Source of the DNA: Eledone cirrhosa
Taxonomy: Eukaryota
Direction of reading: 5' to 3'
NCBI GenBank assembly: GCA_964016885.1
Contig: OZ024741.1
Location: 15,810,001-15,874,000, forward strand
Length of the DNA: 64,000 nucleotides
Below are positions 1-9,476 of this stretch, in pieces. How positions within the stretch are numbered: position 1 is the stretch's first letter; each line of letters opens with the position of its first letter. A program made the translations under genes and the position numbers. The notes beneath the pieces were generated by a model, which was given only the letters and a program-made list of their open reading frames with translations, ran no database searches and was not told the origin of the DNA.

Positions 1-320
1 CCTCAACCTACAGGCTGATATAGAGAGAAGGCCCATTCACTCGGGCCATTCTCGCCACTTTCACCCACCTTTCATAAAACTTGCTGGGGTACAGCACCTC
101 TCTCTCCATCCTGATTCTTCTTCCAAAGTGGTATTTGAAAAAAAGAATCAGTTGTTGGCCGGAGAGAAAGGTGTCTGATCTCAGCCCTTTCAACCTCGTC
201 CACCATATAACCTCTTTCGCCATAGCTATCACACTAAAGGAAAACCGCCTCTCCTTCGTTTTTGAAGGAGGGTGGCGGTTTGATTATGACAATGGACTCG
301 GTGGTCAATGGCAGGCCAAT
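1..320 (-). mobile_element. Tx1-clade non-LTR retrotransposon copy D: 5'-truncated ORF2 C-terminus; its 3'UTR runs off the window edge
   Basis: ORF 8..232 (IAMAKEVIWWTRLKGLRS...RVNGPSLYISL*) matches the C-terminus of ORF2 at 3897..7334. Homology ends at about 308-320, directly before the GATA/GGTA tract. Confidence 0.9.
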
Positions 321-352
321 ATATAGATAGGTAGGTAGGTAGGTAGGTAGAC
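321..352. repeat. (GATA)/(GGTA)n tract separating Tx1 copies D and C
   Basis: atatagatag gtaggtaggtaggtaggtagac. Confidence 0.9.
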
Positions 353-700
353 ATATTTCTTTATTCGCCACAAGGACCTACAAGAAATGAGACATTACAA
401 GACGTGACGGTGGGGTTTTACATGGAATCGTATAAACTTTAACATTAATAAATAACAATAAACTATATATTAAAAAATTAACAATTGAAATCCCCATTAG
501 GGGGAACGTTACTGCGGGGTTGTTTTACACCCGTGGATAGAACAACCCTCAGCACCAGGAACACGTTATGTAGGTGTTCCCGTCTTCACTCTTTTGTCTT
601 CCTCAACCTACAGGTTTATATACAGAGAAGGCCCATTCACTCGGGCCATTTTTGCCACATTCATCCACCTTTCAGCGAATTTACTGGGGTGTAGCACCTC
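353..700 (-). mobile_element. Tx1-clade copy C: severely 5'-truncated (last ~30 codons of ORF2 plus 3'UTR)
   Basis: 608-700 encodes EVLHPSKFAERWMNVAKMARVNGPSLYINL*. The 3'UTR ends GAATAAAGAAAT on the minus strand, next to the tetranucleotide tract. Confidence 0.9.
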
Positions 701-735
<35 letters not shown>

Positions 736-738
736 TAT
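701..738. repeat. (GATA)n tract separating Tx1 copies C and B
   Basis: About 9 GATA units ending in gatatat. Confidence 0.95.
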
Positions 739-3653
739 TTCTTTTATTTGCCACTAGGGCATCAAAAGTGGGACAAGTACAAAGGGGGGAGTTTACACAA
801 AAAGGCGTCCTCAATAAGGAGGAGGCAATAACAAAATATAAAAATAAAATAAGATATAACAAAAAATAAATTTTTAACAAAATCCTCAATAGAGAGGAGG
901 CGCCTTGGGGGGTCGCACACACCCCCGAAAAAGGTGTGCAACCCTTCTCCTCAGGAGCACAGAGAAGGGGTGCTCCCTTGGTCTTTCATCTTCCTCACCT
1001 ATAGTCTGATGTAGAGTGAAGGCCCATTCACACGGGCCATTCTCGCCACTTTCACCCATCTTTCATAGAAACGGCTGGGGTGCAGCACCTCTCTCTCCAT
1101 CCTGATCCTTCTTCCGAAATGATATCGGAAGAAACGGACCAGTTGTTGGCCAGAGAGAAAGGTGCCCGACCTCAGTCCTTTCAGACGCGTCCACCATACA
1201 ACCTCTTTCGCCATGGCTATTACGCACAGAAACACCGCCTCTGCTTCATCTTTGAAGGGGGGAGGCGGCTTGATCATTACAATAGACTCGGTGGTCAACC
1301 GGATCGGTCCCACCCTTGACAGCAGTTGTTCGACATAGCCCCACAGATCGGCTACGCCCGAGCAGTGTACTAATGCGTGTGCAACGGTTTCCTCGTCGCA
1401 CACGTATCTGGGACAGATCTTTTTGGCGGGGTCCCTACCCGGGCGCCCGTGTCTGTAGAGCCTTTCTCGAACGGGTAAAGCCCCTCGGTAGCACTGCCAG
1501 GCCAGGGACTTCTGGAAGTTGTCCATAGGTCCCGGGCTGAATGTCCTACCGAACAGGCTGGCCAGTTCGTCCTCCTCCATGTCTAGGGCTTCTCCGAGGG
1601 CGTCGTCGCACCTGCTGCGCACCAGCCCTCTATAGAATGTTGCGGTGGAGTCTCCACTGATAACCGGATCCGCCTGCCAGAGGGCGGTGAGCGCCTGGGC
1701 ACACTCAGTGTGCCAGGCGCCCAGTTTTCTCGGTCTTTGCTTGACCCAGGATTGCAGCTCGGTGAGTGAGACGAGTCTGGGAAAGGTTCGTCTCACAAAC
1801 GAGGCCCACACCGGTTGTCCGGTGAGGAATACGTAGAGGTGCCGTAGCCTTAATGCGTGTTTACGCATCATTAGCCACGGCATCCCCAGCCCTCCTTTCG
1901 AAGGGTGTTGACAGCAGATGGATCTCCTCACCATAGGAGCCCGCCTCTTCCAAAGGAATTGGAAGAGCGCGCGCTCCATCTTGGTGAGCGTTTCCCTTGG
2001 GCAGGGCACTACGGTCAGGCGGTAGTAGATGACGGACGCTATGTAGGTGTTCGCCACCTCCGCCCGACCTTTCAGGGATAGTTTGCAACTGGCCCACTTC
2101 TGGGTCAGTGCAAACACCCTGTTCGTAACCTCCGCCCAGTTTTTCTCCACCTGGAGGTCCGGTCCGAACCAGACCCCGAGCAACTTCACCGGGCCCTCCG
2201 TCCAGCGTCCGACGACGCCATCGGAGGGCATCGGTCTGCCCCTCCACGTGCCGAGTTGCAAACCGATCGACTTGTCCCGGTTCAGCTTAGCCCCTGTGAA
2301 CTTTTCGTACTCCTCCAGTAAGGTGCCGACCGCCTCGATTTCGGAGGCCGTCGACACCATTACTGTCACGTCATCGGCGTAGGCCGACACCGCTTTCCGC
2401 AATCCCGGTTCCAAAGGGATGCCCTGCAACAACTCCAACTTCCGCAGTAGTGGCTCGAGAGTCAACACATACAGAAGGGAGGAGAGAGGGCACCCTTGTC
2501 GGATGGACCGCGCGATTTTGAACGGCTCCGAGAGGTAGCCGTTCACCTTAACCCTAGAGCAGATGCGGCTGCTGTGCATAGCAGTGATCCAGCCCCTGAA
2601 AACGGGTCCGAAGCCTGCCGCCGCTAGCACCGCATCCAGGTAACCATGGTCGACCCTATCGAACGCCTTAGATTGATCCAAGTTGATCAGAGCCCCACCA
2701 AAGCCGGGTTCGTTCCCAACCCTCTCTATGATGTATCGCATGAGGTGGAGGTTGTCATGGATGGACCTGGACGGGATAGCGCATGTCTGCGCATCTCCCA
2801 CCAAGTTGCCCACGACAAGCGCCAACCTCTTTGCTAGCACCTTGGCCAAAATCTGTAACTCTGTATTTAGCAGTGTTATGGGCCTGAAGTTACTTATTTC
2901 GTCCCCCTTGTTCTCGTCCTTCCTCACTAGCGTGACTACGCCCTTGGTCACAGTACAGGGAATTCTCCCGTTCTGTTGCCAGTTGCAGTAGACCGCCTCG
3001 AGGAGATCGGGGAACAAGTCCGGCATAGCTAGATATAATTCGTAAGGAAGACCATCGAGACCCGGGGATTTGCGTTTGCCGCATTGGCTCAGCACGTCCT
3101 CTATCTCAGCGGCCGAAATCGGCTCCTCGCAGGACTTCGCCTCCCTGTCCGAGAGGCGCGGCAGGCCGTCGAGGTATGGACCGAAGTCCACGTTCCCAAC
3201 CGGCTCACCGCCCCTCCCGAACAGTCGGGCAAAGTGCCTTTGAAAGGCCTCACACATCTGCTTAGGCTGAAGAATCGTCCGTCCATCCAGGTCTCGCAAA
3301 GACCGGATGGTGGATTTAGTTCCACTGTTGGCCTCTGTCACGCGGGCCCAGCTAACAGCTTTGGTCCCCTCGTTCCCTAGAGCACGTATTTTACTTCGGA
3401 CAACGCAGCCTTCGTGCTTCGCGTCGAAAAACTGGCTCAAAGCCGTTCTCGACGCTAGCACTCTGGCCACGTCGCCGCTTCTAATTGCCTCTTCTACTCT
3501 ATCTATTAGCTCCCTTTCCTTCCTATTCCTATCCGCAGCTAGAACCTTACTAAATTCTATCGAGACTACTCTAATCTCTCTCTTTAGAGATACCCACCAC
3601 CTGCTGTTGACGATCGCTCCAGTCAACCGTTCCTTAACTAACGTAACCGTTCC
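739..3653 (-). mobile_element. Tx1-clade copy B: 5'-truncated (no ORF1 or endonuclease), uninterrupted RT reading frame
   Basis: Flanked by GATA tracts at 701-738 and 3654-3682. The 3' end reads AAATAAAAGAAAT. It contains the 875-codon open frame. Confidence 0.95.
999..3626 (-). CDS. Truncated ORF2 of copy B: reverse transcriptase plus C-terminal zinc-finger region (no true start; begins at the 5' truncation)
   Basis: RT motifs SPGLDG, FRPITLLN, LDQSKAFDRV, RQGCPLS, YADD. C-terminal CPRY...ETVAHALVHC (Cys-to-Tyr versus copy A). About 69/87 identical to copy A over the first 87 aa, counted by eye. Confidence 0.9.
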   Translation of the reverse strand: MTGAIVNSRWWVSLKREIRVVSIEFSKVLAADRNRKERELIDRVEEAIRSGDVARVLASRTALSQFFDAKHEGCVVRSKIRALGNEGTKAVSWARVTEANSGTKSTIRSLRDLDGRTILQPKQMCEAFQRHFARLFGRGGEPVGNVDFGPYLDGLPRLSDREAKSCEEPISAAEIEDVLSQCGKRKSPGLDGLPYELYLAMPDLFPDLLEAVYCNWQQNGRIPCTVTKGVVTLVRKDENKGDEISNFRPITLLNTELQILAKVLAKRLALVVGNLVGDAQTCAIPSRSIHDNLHLMRYIIERVGNEPGFGGALINLDQSKAFDRVDHGYLDAVLAAAGFGPVFRGWITAMHSSRICSRVKVNGYLSEPFKIARSIRQGCPLSSLLYVLTLEPLLRKLELLQGIPLEPGLRKAVSAYADDVTVMVSTASEIEAVGTLLEEYEKFTGAKLNRDKSIGLQLGTWRGRPMPSDGVVGRWTEGPVKLLGVWFGPDLQVEKNWAEVTNRVFALTQKWASCKLSLKGRAEVANTYIASVIYYRLTVVPCPRETLTKMERALFQFLWKRRAPMVRRSICCQHPSKGGLGMPWLMMRKHALRLRHLYVFLTGQPVWASFVRRTFPRLVSLTELQSWVKQRPRKLGAWHTECAQALTALWQADPVISGDSTATFYRGLVRSRCDDALGEALDMEEDELASLFGRTFSPGPMDNFQKSLAWQCYRGALPVRERLYRHGRPGRDPAKKICPRYVCDEETVAHALVHCSGVADLWGYVEQLLSRVGPIRLTTESIVMIKPPPPFKDEAEAVFLCVIAMAKEVVWWTRLKGLRSGTFLSGQQLVRFFRYHFGRRIRMEREVLHPSRFYERWVKVARMARVNGPSLYIRL

Positions 3654-3682
3654 TAGATAGATAGATAGATATATAGATAGAT
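3654..3682. repeat. (TAGA)n target tract with a TATA variant; left target-site duplication of copy A
   Basis: tagatagatagatagatatatagatagat matches 9477-9505 at 28 of 29 positions. Confidence 0.9.
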
Positions 3683-3896
3683 TTCTTTATTTACCATAAA
3701 GGCATAAAAAGAAGGGACAAATACAAAGGGGGAGTTTACATATAATCGAGTAAAAAGGGTGTAACATGAAAATAATCGAAAATAACCTCAAAAGGGAGGG
3801 GACGTGATGGGGTTTGCACACACCCCCGAAAAAGTGTGCAATCCTTTGCCCGGGGAGCACATGGAGAAGGTGCTCCCCTCTCCTTTACTTCTTTAC

Positions 3897-6800
3897 CTAC
3901 AGGATGGTATACAGAGAAGGCCCATTTACACGAGCCATTCTCGCCACTATCACCCACCTTTCATAAAACTGCCTGTGGCCAAGCATCTCTCTCTCCATTC
4001 TTATCCTTCTTCCGAAGTGATATCGGAAGAAGTAGACCAGACTATGGCCAGAGAGGAAGTTGCCTGACCTCAGACCTTTCAATCGTGTCCACCAAACAGC
4101 CTCTTTCAACATGGCTATTACACACAGAAAAACCGCCTTTGCTTCCTTTGTGAAGAGGGGAGGCGGTTTGATTGTCATCACGGACTCGGCGGTCAATTTA
4201 ATCGGCGCCACCCGCGACAGCAGTTGTTCGGCGTAGCCCCACAGATCAGCCACGCCCGGACATTGCACCAATGCGTGCGCTACGGTTTCTTCGTGACGCA
4301 CGCATCTAGGGCAAATCTTTTTTGAGGGATCCCTGCCCGGGCGCCCGTGTCTGTAGAGCCTCTCTCGAACGGGTAGAGCCCCTCGGTAGCACTGCCAGGC
4401 CAGTGACTTCTGGAAGTTGTCCATTGGTCCTGGGCCGAAAGTCCTACCGAACAGGCTGGCCAGTTCGTCTTCTTCCATGTCCAGCGACTCTCCAAGGGTG
4501 TCATCGCCCCTGCTAGCCACCAGCCCTCTATAGAATGATGAGGTGGATTCTCCACCGATGGCCCGGCCCGCTTGCCAGAGAGCCCTGAGCGCCTGAGCAC
4601 ACTCAGTGTGCCAGTCTCCCAGTTTTCCGGATCTTTGCTTGACCCAGGACTGTAGCTCGGTGAGTGAGACGAGTCTCGGAAAGGCTCGTTTCACGAACGG
4701 AGCCCACACCGGTTGACCAGTGAGGAATACCTGTAGGTGCCGTAGCCTTAATGCGTGCCTACGCATCATCAACCACGGCATCCCCAGCCCTCCTTTCGAA
4801 GGTTGTTGGCAGCAGATGGATCTTCTCACCATAGGAGGACGCTTCTTCCAAAGAAATTGGAAGAGCATGCGTTCCATGGTGGTGAGTGTTTCCTTAGGGC
4901 AAGGCACGACAGTCAGGCGGTAGTAAGTGACGGACGCTATGTAAATGTTCGCCACCTCCGCCCGGCCTTTTAGGGACAGCTTACACTTGGCCCATTTCTG
5001 GGTTAGTGCAAACACCTTGTTCGTAACCTCGTTCCAGTTCTTTTCCACCTGGAGGTCTGGTCCAAACCAGACCCCAAGCAACTTTACCGGGCCCTCCGTC
5101 CAGTGTCCGACGACACCGTCAGGAGGCATCGGTTTGCCTCTCCACGTTCCGAGTTGCAGCCCGATGGATTTTTCCCGGTTCAGTTTCGCTCCTGACAACC
5201 TTTCGTACTCCTCCAGTAAGGTACCGATCGCCTCGATCTCCGAGTCGGTTGATACCATTACTGTTACGTCATCGGCGTAGGCCGACACCGCTTTGCTCAA
5301 TCCTGGTTCCAGGGGGATACCCTGCAACAACTCCAACTTCCTCAGTAAAGGCTCGAGAGTCAATACGTACAGAAGGGAGGAGAGAGGGCACCCCTGTCGA
5401 ATGGATCGTGTGATTTCGAACGGCTTCGAAAGGTAGCCGTTCACCTTGATCCTAGAACAGATGTGGTTGCTATGTAGGGCAGTGATCCAGCCTCTGAAAA
5501 CAGGACCGAACCCAGCCGCCGCTAGCACCGCATCCAGGTAACCATGGTCGACCCTATCGAAGGCCTTAGACTGATCCAAGTTGATCAGGGCCCCACCGAA
5601 GCCAGGTTTGTTGCCAACCCTCTCTATGATGTATCGCATGAGGTGGAGGTTATCGTGAATGGACCTGGATGGGATAGCACATGTCTGCGCATCTCCCACC
5701 AGGCCACCCACGACAAGCGCCAACCTCTTTGCTAACACCTTGGCCAAAATCTTTAACTCTGTGTTTAGCAGGGTTATGGGCCGAAAATTATTTATACTAT
5801 CCCCCTTGTTCTCGTCCTTCCTCACCAGCGTGACTACGCCCTTGGCTACAGAACAAGGAATTCTCCCGTTCTGCTGCCAATTGCAGTAGACCGCTTCGAG
5901 GAGTTCGGAGAAGAAGACCGGCATTGCTAAATAAAGTTCGTAAGGTATACCATCGAGACCTGGAGATTTGCGTCTGCTGCATTGGCTCAGCGCATCTCCG
6001 ATCTCATCAGCCGAGATTGGTCCCTCGCAGGACTCTGCCTCTTTGTTCGAGAGACGCGGCAGGCCGTCGAGGTATGGACCGAAATCCACGCCCCGGCCCG
6101 GACCCTCGCCTCCCCCGAACAATCGGGCAAAGTGCTTTTGAAAGGCCTCGCACATCTGCTTAGGCTCCCGGATCACTCGTCCATCTTCGTCTTGCAACGA
6201 CCGGATGGTGGATCGATTTCCACTTTTAGCTTCTGTCACGCGGGCCCATCCAACGGCTTTGGCCCCCTCATTACCTAGAGCACGTATTTTACTTCGAATG
6301 ACGCAGCCTTCATGCTTTGCATCGAAAAACTGGTTCAAGGCCGTCCTCGATGCCAGCACTCTGGCCACATCTTCGCTCTTGATTGCCTCTTCTAATTTAC
6401 CTGTTAATTCTTTCTCGTTTCTATTCCTATTGGCAGCTAACATCTTGCTATAACTTATTGATTCTGTTCTAATCTCTCTTTTGAGAGATGCCCACCATCG
6501 GTTGTTGACGATTGCACCCGTCAACCTCTCCTTAACTAATCTGCTAATCCGGTTTCTGTAAGTCTCTTTTGCCGGTAAAGACAAATTAAGTTTCCAGTAA
6601 CCGGGACCCTGTCTATGTGTTTTCTCGAGATTGACCACGCAGGTCACTAATTTGTGATCCGTGTAGCCAACCGTGCGCATTTCTGGACAGCTTAATATGT
6701 CCCTATCCTTACTTCTAACTAAGAATCTATCTAAGTACGATCTAGATTGACCACTGTGGTTTCTCCAAGTCCAGGTAGGCACAGTTGGAAAATCTAGTCG

Positions 6801-7334
6801 ATATCTATCGACCAAGTTAAAACGGTCGAGTAACCCCTTGAGGCTGTTACACCCCCCTCTATTAGGACATGCTCCTGCATAGTCCCAACGTGCATCCAGG
6901 ATGTCATTCCAATCCCCCGCTAGAAGCAGGGAACGCGACGTTCCCAGAAAAGTCTCCAAACGCTGGAAGAAGTCGGGCCGTTCAGCTCCGAAAGGGGAGT
7001 AGACGGCGACCAGTCTCAAGGCCGCACTTTCACTACTGCCAACGTCTAGCACCAACAAACGACCCTCCGGGTCCGAGTGCACAACCTGTACGGCAAGACC
7101 CAGGTGTTTTTGCAGCAGCACGACAACCCCACCCCCACCTCCAGGTTGACAGAGAGATGCATGCACCTCAAAGTCATCGAAGGTGGGGGCCAGCTGCCGC
7201 ATGACGCTGATTCGAGTCTCACAGATAACCATTACATTTATACTACATGACCTGAGGTCATTTAGAAGCTTTGCTTGCTTCCAAGTTGAGCCCAGGCCAC
7301 GTGCATTCAAACATCCTACTCTTAACACATCCAT
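3897..7334 (-). CDS. ORF2p (1145 aa): APE-type endonuclease, reverse transcriptase and C-terminal Cys-His motif; Tx1 clade of the L1 group
   Basis: Endonuclease motifs CLNARGL, ICETR, VYSP, AGDWN, TWTW, SYLDRF, TDHKLV. Tx1-like GPGYWKLN linker. RT motifs SPGLDG, FRPITLLN, DQSKAFDRV, RQGCPLS, YADD. CPRC...ETVAHALVQC. No internal stops. Confidence 0.96.
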   Translation of the reverse strand: MDVLRVGCLNARGLGSTWKQAKLLNDLRSCSINVMVICETRISVMRQLAPTFDDFEVHASLCQPGGGGGVVVLLQKHLGLAVQVVHSDPEGRLLVLDVGSSESAALRLVAVYSPFGAERPDFFQRLETFLGTSRSLLLAGDWNDILDARWDYAGACPNRGGCNSLKGLLDRFNLVDRYRLDFPTVPTWTWRNHSGQSRSYLDRFLVRSKDRDILSCPEMRTVGYTDHKLVTCVVNLEKTHRQGPGYWKLNLSLPAKETYRNRISRLVKERLTGAIVNNRWWASLKREIRTESISYSKMLAANRNRNEKELTGKLEEAIKSEDVARVLASRTALNQFFDAKHEGCVIRSKIRALGNEGAKAVGWARVTEAKSGNRSTIRSLQDEDGRVIREPKQMCEAFQKHFARLFGGGEGPGRGVDFGPYLDGLPRLSNKEAESCEGPISADEIGDALSQCSRRKSPGLDGIPYELYLAMPVFFSELLEAVYCNWQQNGRIPCSVAKGVVTLVRKDENKGDSINNFRPITLLNTELKILAKVLAKRLALVVGGLVGDAQTCAIPSRSIHDNLHLMRYIIERVGNKPGFGGALINLDQSKAFDRVDHGYLDAVLAAAGFGPVFRGWITALHSNHICSRIKVNGYLSKPFEITRSIRQGCPLSSLLYVLTLEPLLRKLELLQGIPLEPGLSKAVSAYADDVTVMVSTDSEIEAIGTLLEEYERLSGAKLNREKSIGLQLGTWRGKPMPPDGVVGHWTEGPVKLLGVWFGPDLQVEKNWNEVTNKVFALTQKWAKCKLSLKGRAEVANIYIASVTYYRLTVVPCPKETLTTMERMLFQFLWKKRPPMVRRSICCQQPSKGGLGMPWLMMRRHALRLRHLQVFLTGQPVWAPFVKRAFPRLVSLTELQSWVKQRSGKLGDWHTECAQALRALWQAGRAIGGESTSSFYRGLVASRGDDTLGESLDMEEDELASLFGRTFGPGPMDNFQKSLAWQCYRGALPVRERLYRHGRPGRDPSKKICPRCVRHEETVAHALVQCPGVADLWGYAEQLLSRVAPIKLTAESVMTIKPPPLFTKEAKAVFLCVIAMLKEAVWWTRLKGLRSGNFLSGHSLVYFFRYHFGRRIRMEREMLGHRQFYERWVIVARMARVNGPSLYTIL

Positions 7335-7367
7335 GTGGGCGGCAGAGCCAAAGGAGAGTGTAGAGAC

Positions 7368-9250
7368 CTACCTTTCCGCTTCCCGGGGTTCGGGTTGCAC
7401 GACTTCCATGGGGTCGGGGGTGTTGGGTGAAGGGGTGTCTTGTGGTGGTGTGGGGTCATCGGTGTGTGGTGGGGTTGGGGTGTTTGGAGTTGTGTTGGGG
7501 AGGGGAAGGGGAGGGGGAAAGCTTTTTAGTAGGACGCGGTTTATGGGTTTGACAGAGGGTGGTCCTACGTCCTCCTTAAAATCCTTTTTTAGTTTTTGGT
7601 AGAGGTTCATTGGGATTTTTATTAGTTTTAAATGTGGGTGGTTTTCTGAAGAAACAAAGTTTACACCTTCGGTTTGTACCGAAGGATTATTGTATATGAG
7701 TTCATTTAATTTATTATTGTTTCTGTTGATGTAAGTATAGTGTAGTGTCTTTTTTTTTTTTCCGATGGTGTGAGTGTTTCGAAGAGGGGAGGGGCAGGTT
7801 TGGTTTTGTTTGTTGCTGGAGGGGTGTTTTCTGTTTTGTTAGATTGTGTTGCGATTTGGGTGGGGGTTGTTTGTCCTTGTGTGTTTTGCACATGTTTTCT
7901 TTTTTTCCTTTTAATCTGTCTGAAGGACTCCGTTTCTTCCTCCGAATTCGTTGGGTTATCTTCAGTGTTGGAGGGAAGAGGTATGTTTGCTGGTAATGTT
8001 TCCGTGTTGGTTTTCTTTGTGGGGGAGATGGATGTCACTATGTTAGACTGTGTTGTGTGTTGTGTCTGCGGTGGTTGTGTTGTTTTATTGAGTGAGAGGT
8101 TGGGTGGGCCTGTATTTTGTTTTGGGGTAATGTGTTGTGACTGTTTGTGTTGTGGTGGTGTTGTGGTGTTACTGAGGGACGGGTTGGGTGGGACTGAGTT
8201 TTGTTGTTTGTTTATCTGTTGTGGTGGTGGTGGTGGAGCTGGTGTTGGTAGCAGGGTTTTCTTTTTGTTGAGTTGGGGACAAGCGGCCTTCAGGTGCCCT
8301 CTGCCTGCACAGATATGGCAGGACGGCCTTCTCCCCTCCACGCTAATGTTTATATACCCGTGGTCCTCTAATAGGATTCTGTCGGGTATTTGGGCGATGC
8401 GTTCAGGCTTCATTTGTACTACCAGCTCTATACCTGTTCCACTGAACGCATTGCCTGTGGTTTTCCCAATGGAAATCACGTTGTCATTCACTGGATCGAT
8501 GAAGCCAGCTATGAGCCAGCAGTAGTCCACATCTGGCATCATTGCATCCAGCCATATGCGTTGAGTTTTTTTCCCCATATAAGATGGATAAAAGGTGAAA
8601 TTTTTCGAACGAATCGGTGACAAAGCACATTTTTTTGCCGCCGATTCGTTCTTCATGATAATTGCTAGGCTTCCATATAGTCTGTCTTTTCTTATGAAAG
8701 TTGTTTCATTCAGTACTTCTGCGAGTACTGTTTTGATATCTGCTTGAGAAGGCTGTTCAGGTTTTTTTGTACTGTTGTTGATGGTCCGAAACTTGACCGT
8801 TCGGCTTTCAATGTCTTTCGTGAATTCTTGAGGCATTTTTACCAATAAAATACCATTCTCACCTTCACTTATGTATTGTTTTGCGTCCGTGATCCTTCGT
8901 ACCACATCTGAAATGTTTTCCGCTATATAAGTCAAAGATTTCTTTGTTTTCTGTGCAAATGAAGTCTTGTCGTCTGCTTTGTTTTCTGATATTATGTTAT
9001 TTTCAACTGTTATTTTTTTGTTTGTTGTGTCTTTGTTTGTGTTATTAGTATTGTCATGCAATTTTTCAAATTTTTTTTCTTCGTTGTTTTCGACATTTAA
9101 TTTTTTCTCCGCAGATTCGTCCGTTTTTATTTTCATTTTTCCTTCCTTCTCTATGACGTTAGTTGGGAAGGAAGGGAGGACTAAAGCGTGCGAGCTTACA
9201 ACTCTTACCGCTGTCCCCCCACCACTATTTTCGTTCGCTGCGTTTAACAT
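7368..9250 (-). CDS. ORF1p (gag-like nucleic-acid chaperone) of copy A, split by a one-base frameshift in an A12 run at 7750-7761; ~627 aa if joined
   Basis: CCHC zinc knuckle CHICAGRGHLKAAC followed by a P/T/Q/N-rich region. The frame of ORF 7368..7610 stays stop-free back through the A12 run, so one extra A fuses it to ORF 7706..9250. Confidence 0.85.
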
Positions 9251-9327
9251 TTCTGTTAGACGATTGAAATTTTTTACACAAAATTTTTTTTAAAACAGGT
9301 TTTTCGCCTCTAGGAGGGGTAAAGATG

Positions 9328-9368
9328 AGCTGACCCACCGCCTGACAGTTCAGACGGAGGGTCAAGCT
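9328..9368 (-). promoter_or_regulatory. Strong stem-loop in the 5'UTR of Tx1 copy A
   Basis: Minus-strand RNA UGACCC-U-CCG-U-CUGA-(ACUG)-UCAG-G-CGG-U-GGGUCA. Confidence 0.5.
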
Positions 9369-9476
9369 ACACAATTGTATCAAAATTAAGTTTGAACTCA
9401 CAAAATTTCCTCAATAAATTTGAACAAAACTTCTGTGCGAAGTGAATGACATCCACACTGTAGAACAGACGACAGC

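Larger units (their letters stand above)
3683..9476 (-). mobile_element. Full-length Tx1-clade non-LTR retrotransposon copy A (~5.8 kb; 5'UTR, ORF1, ORF2, 3'UTR) inserted in (GATA)n
   Basis: ORF1 with a CCHC knuckle, ORF2 with APE-RT-Zn finger, 3' terminus AAATAAAGAAAT without poly(A), and a 23-29 bp TSD within the GATA tract. Confidence 0.95.

Noticed and set aside
608-922. 104-aa ORF as a real gene
   Set aside because: It is a chance fusion of copy B's 3'UTR, the TATC tract and copy C's ORF2 tail.
7770-8525. 251-aa plus-strand ORF and other antisense ORFs over the Tx1 elements
   Set aside because: Shadow frames of ORF1/ORF2 with low-complexity composition and no independent support.
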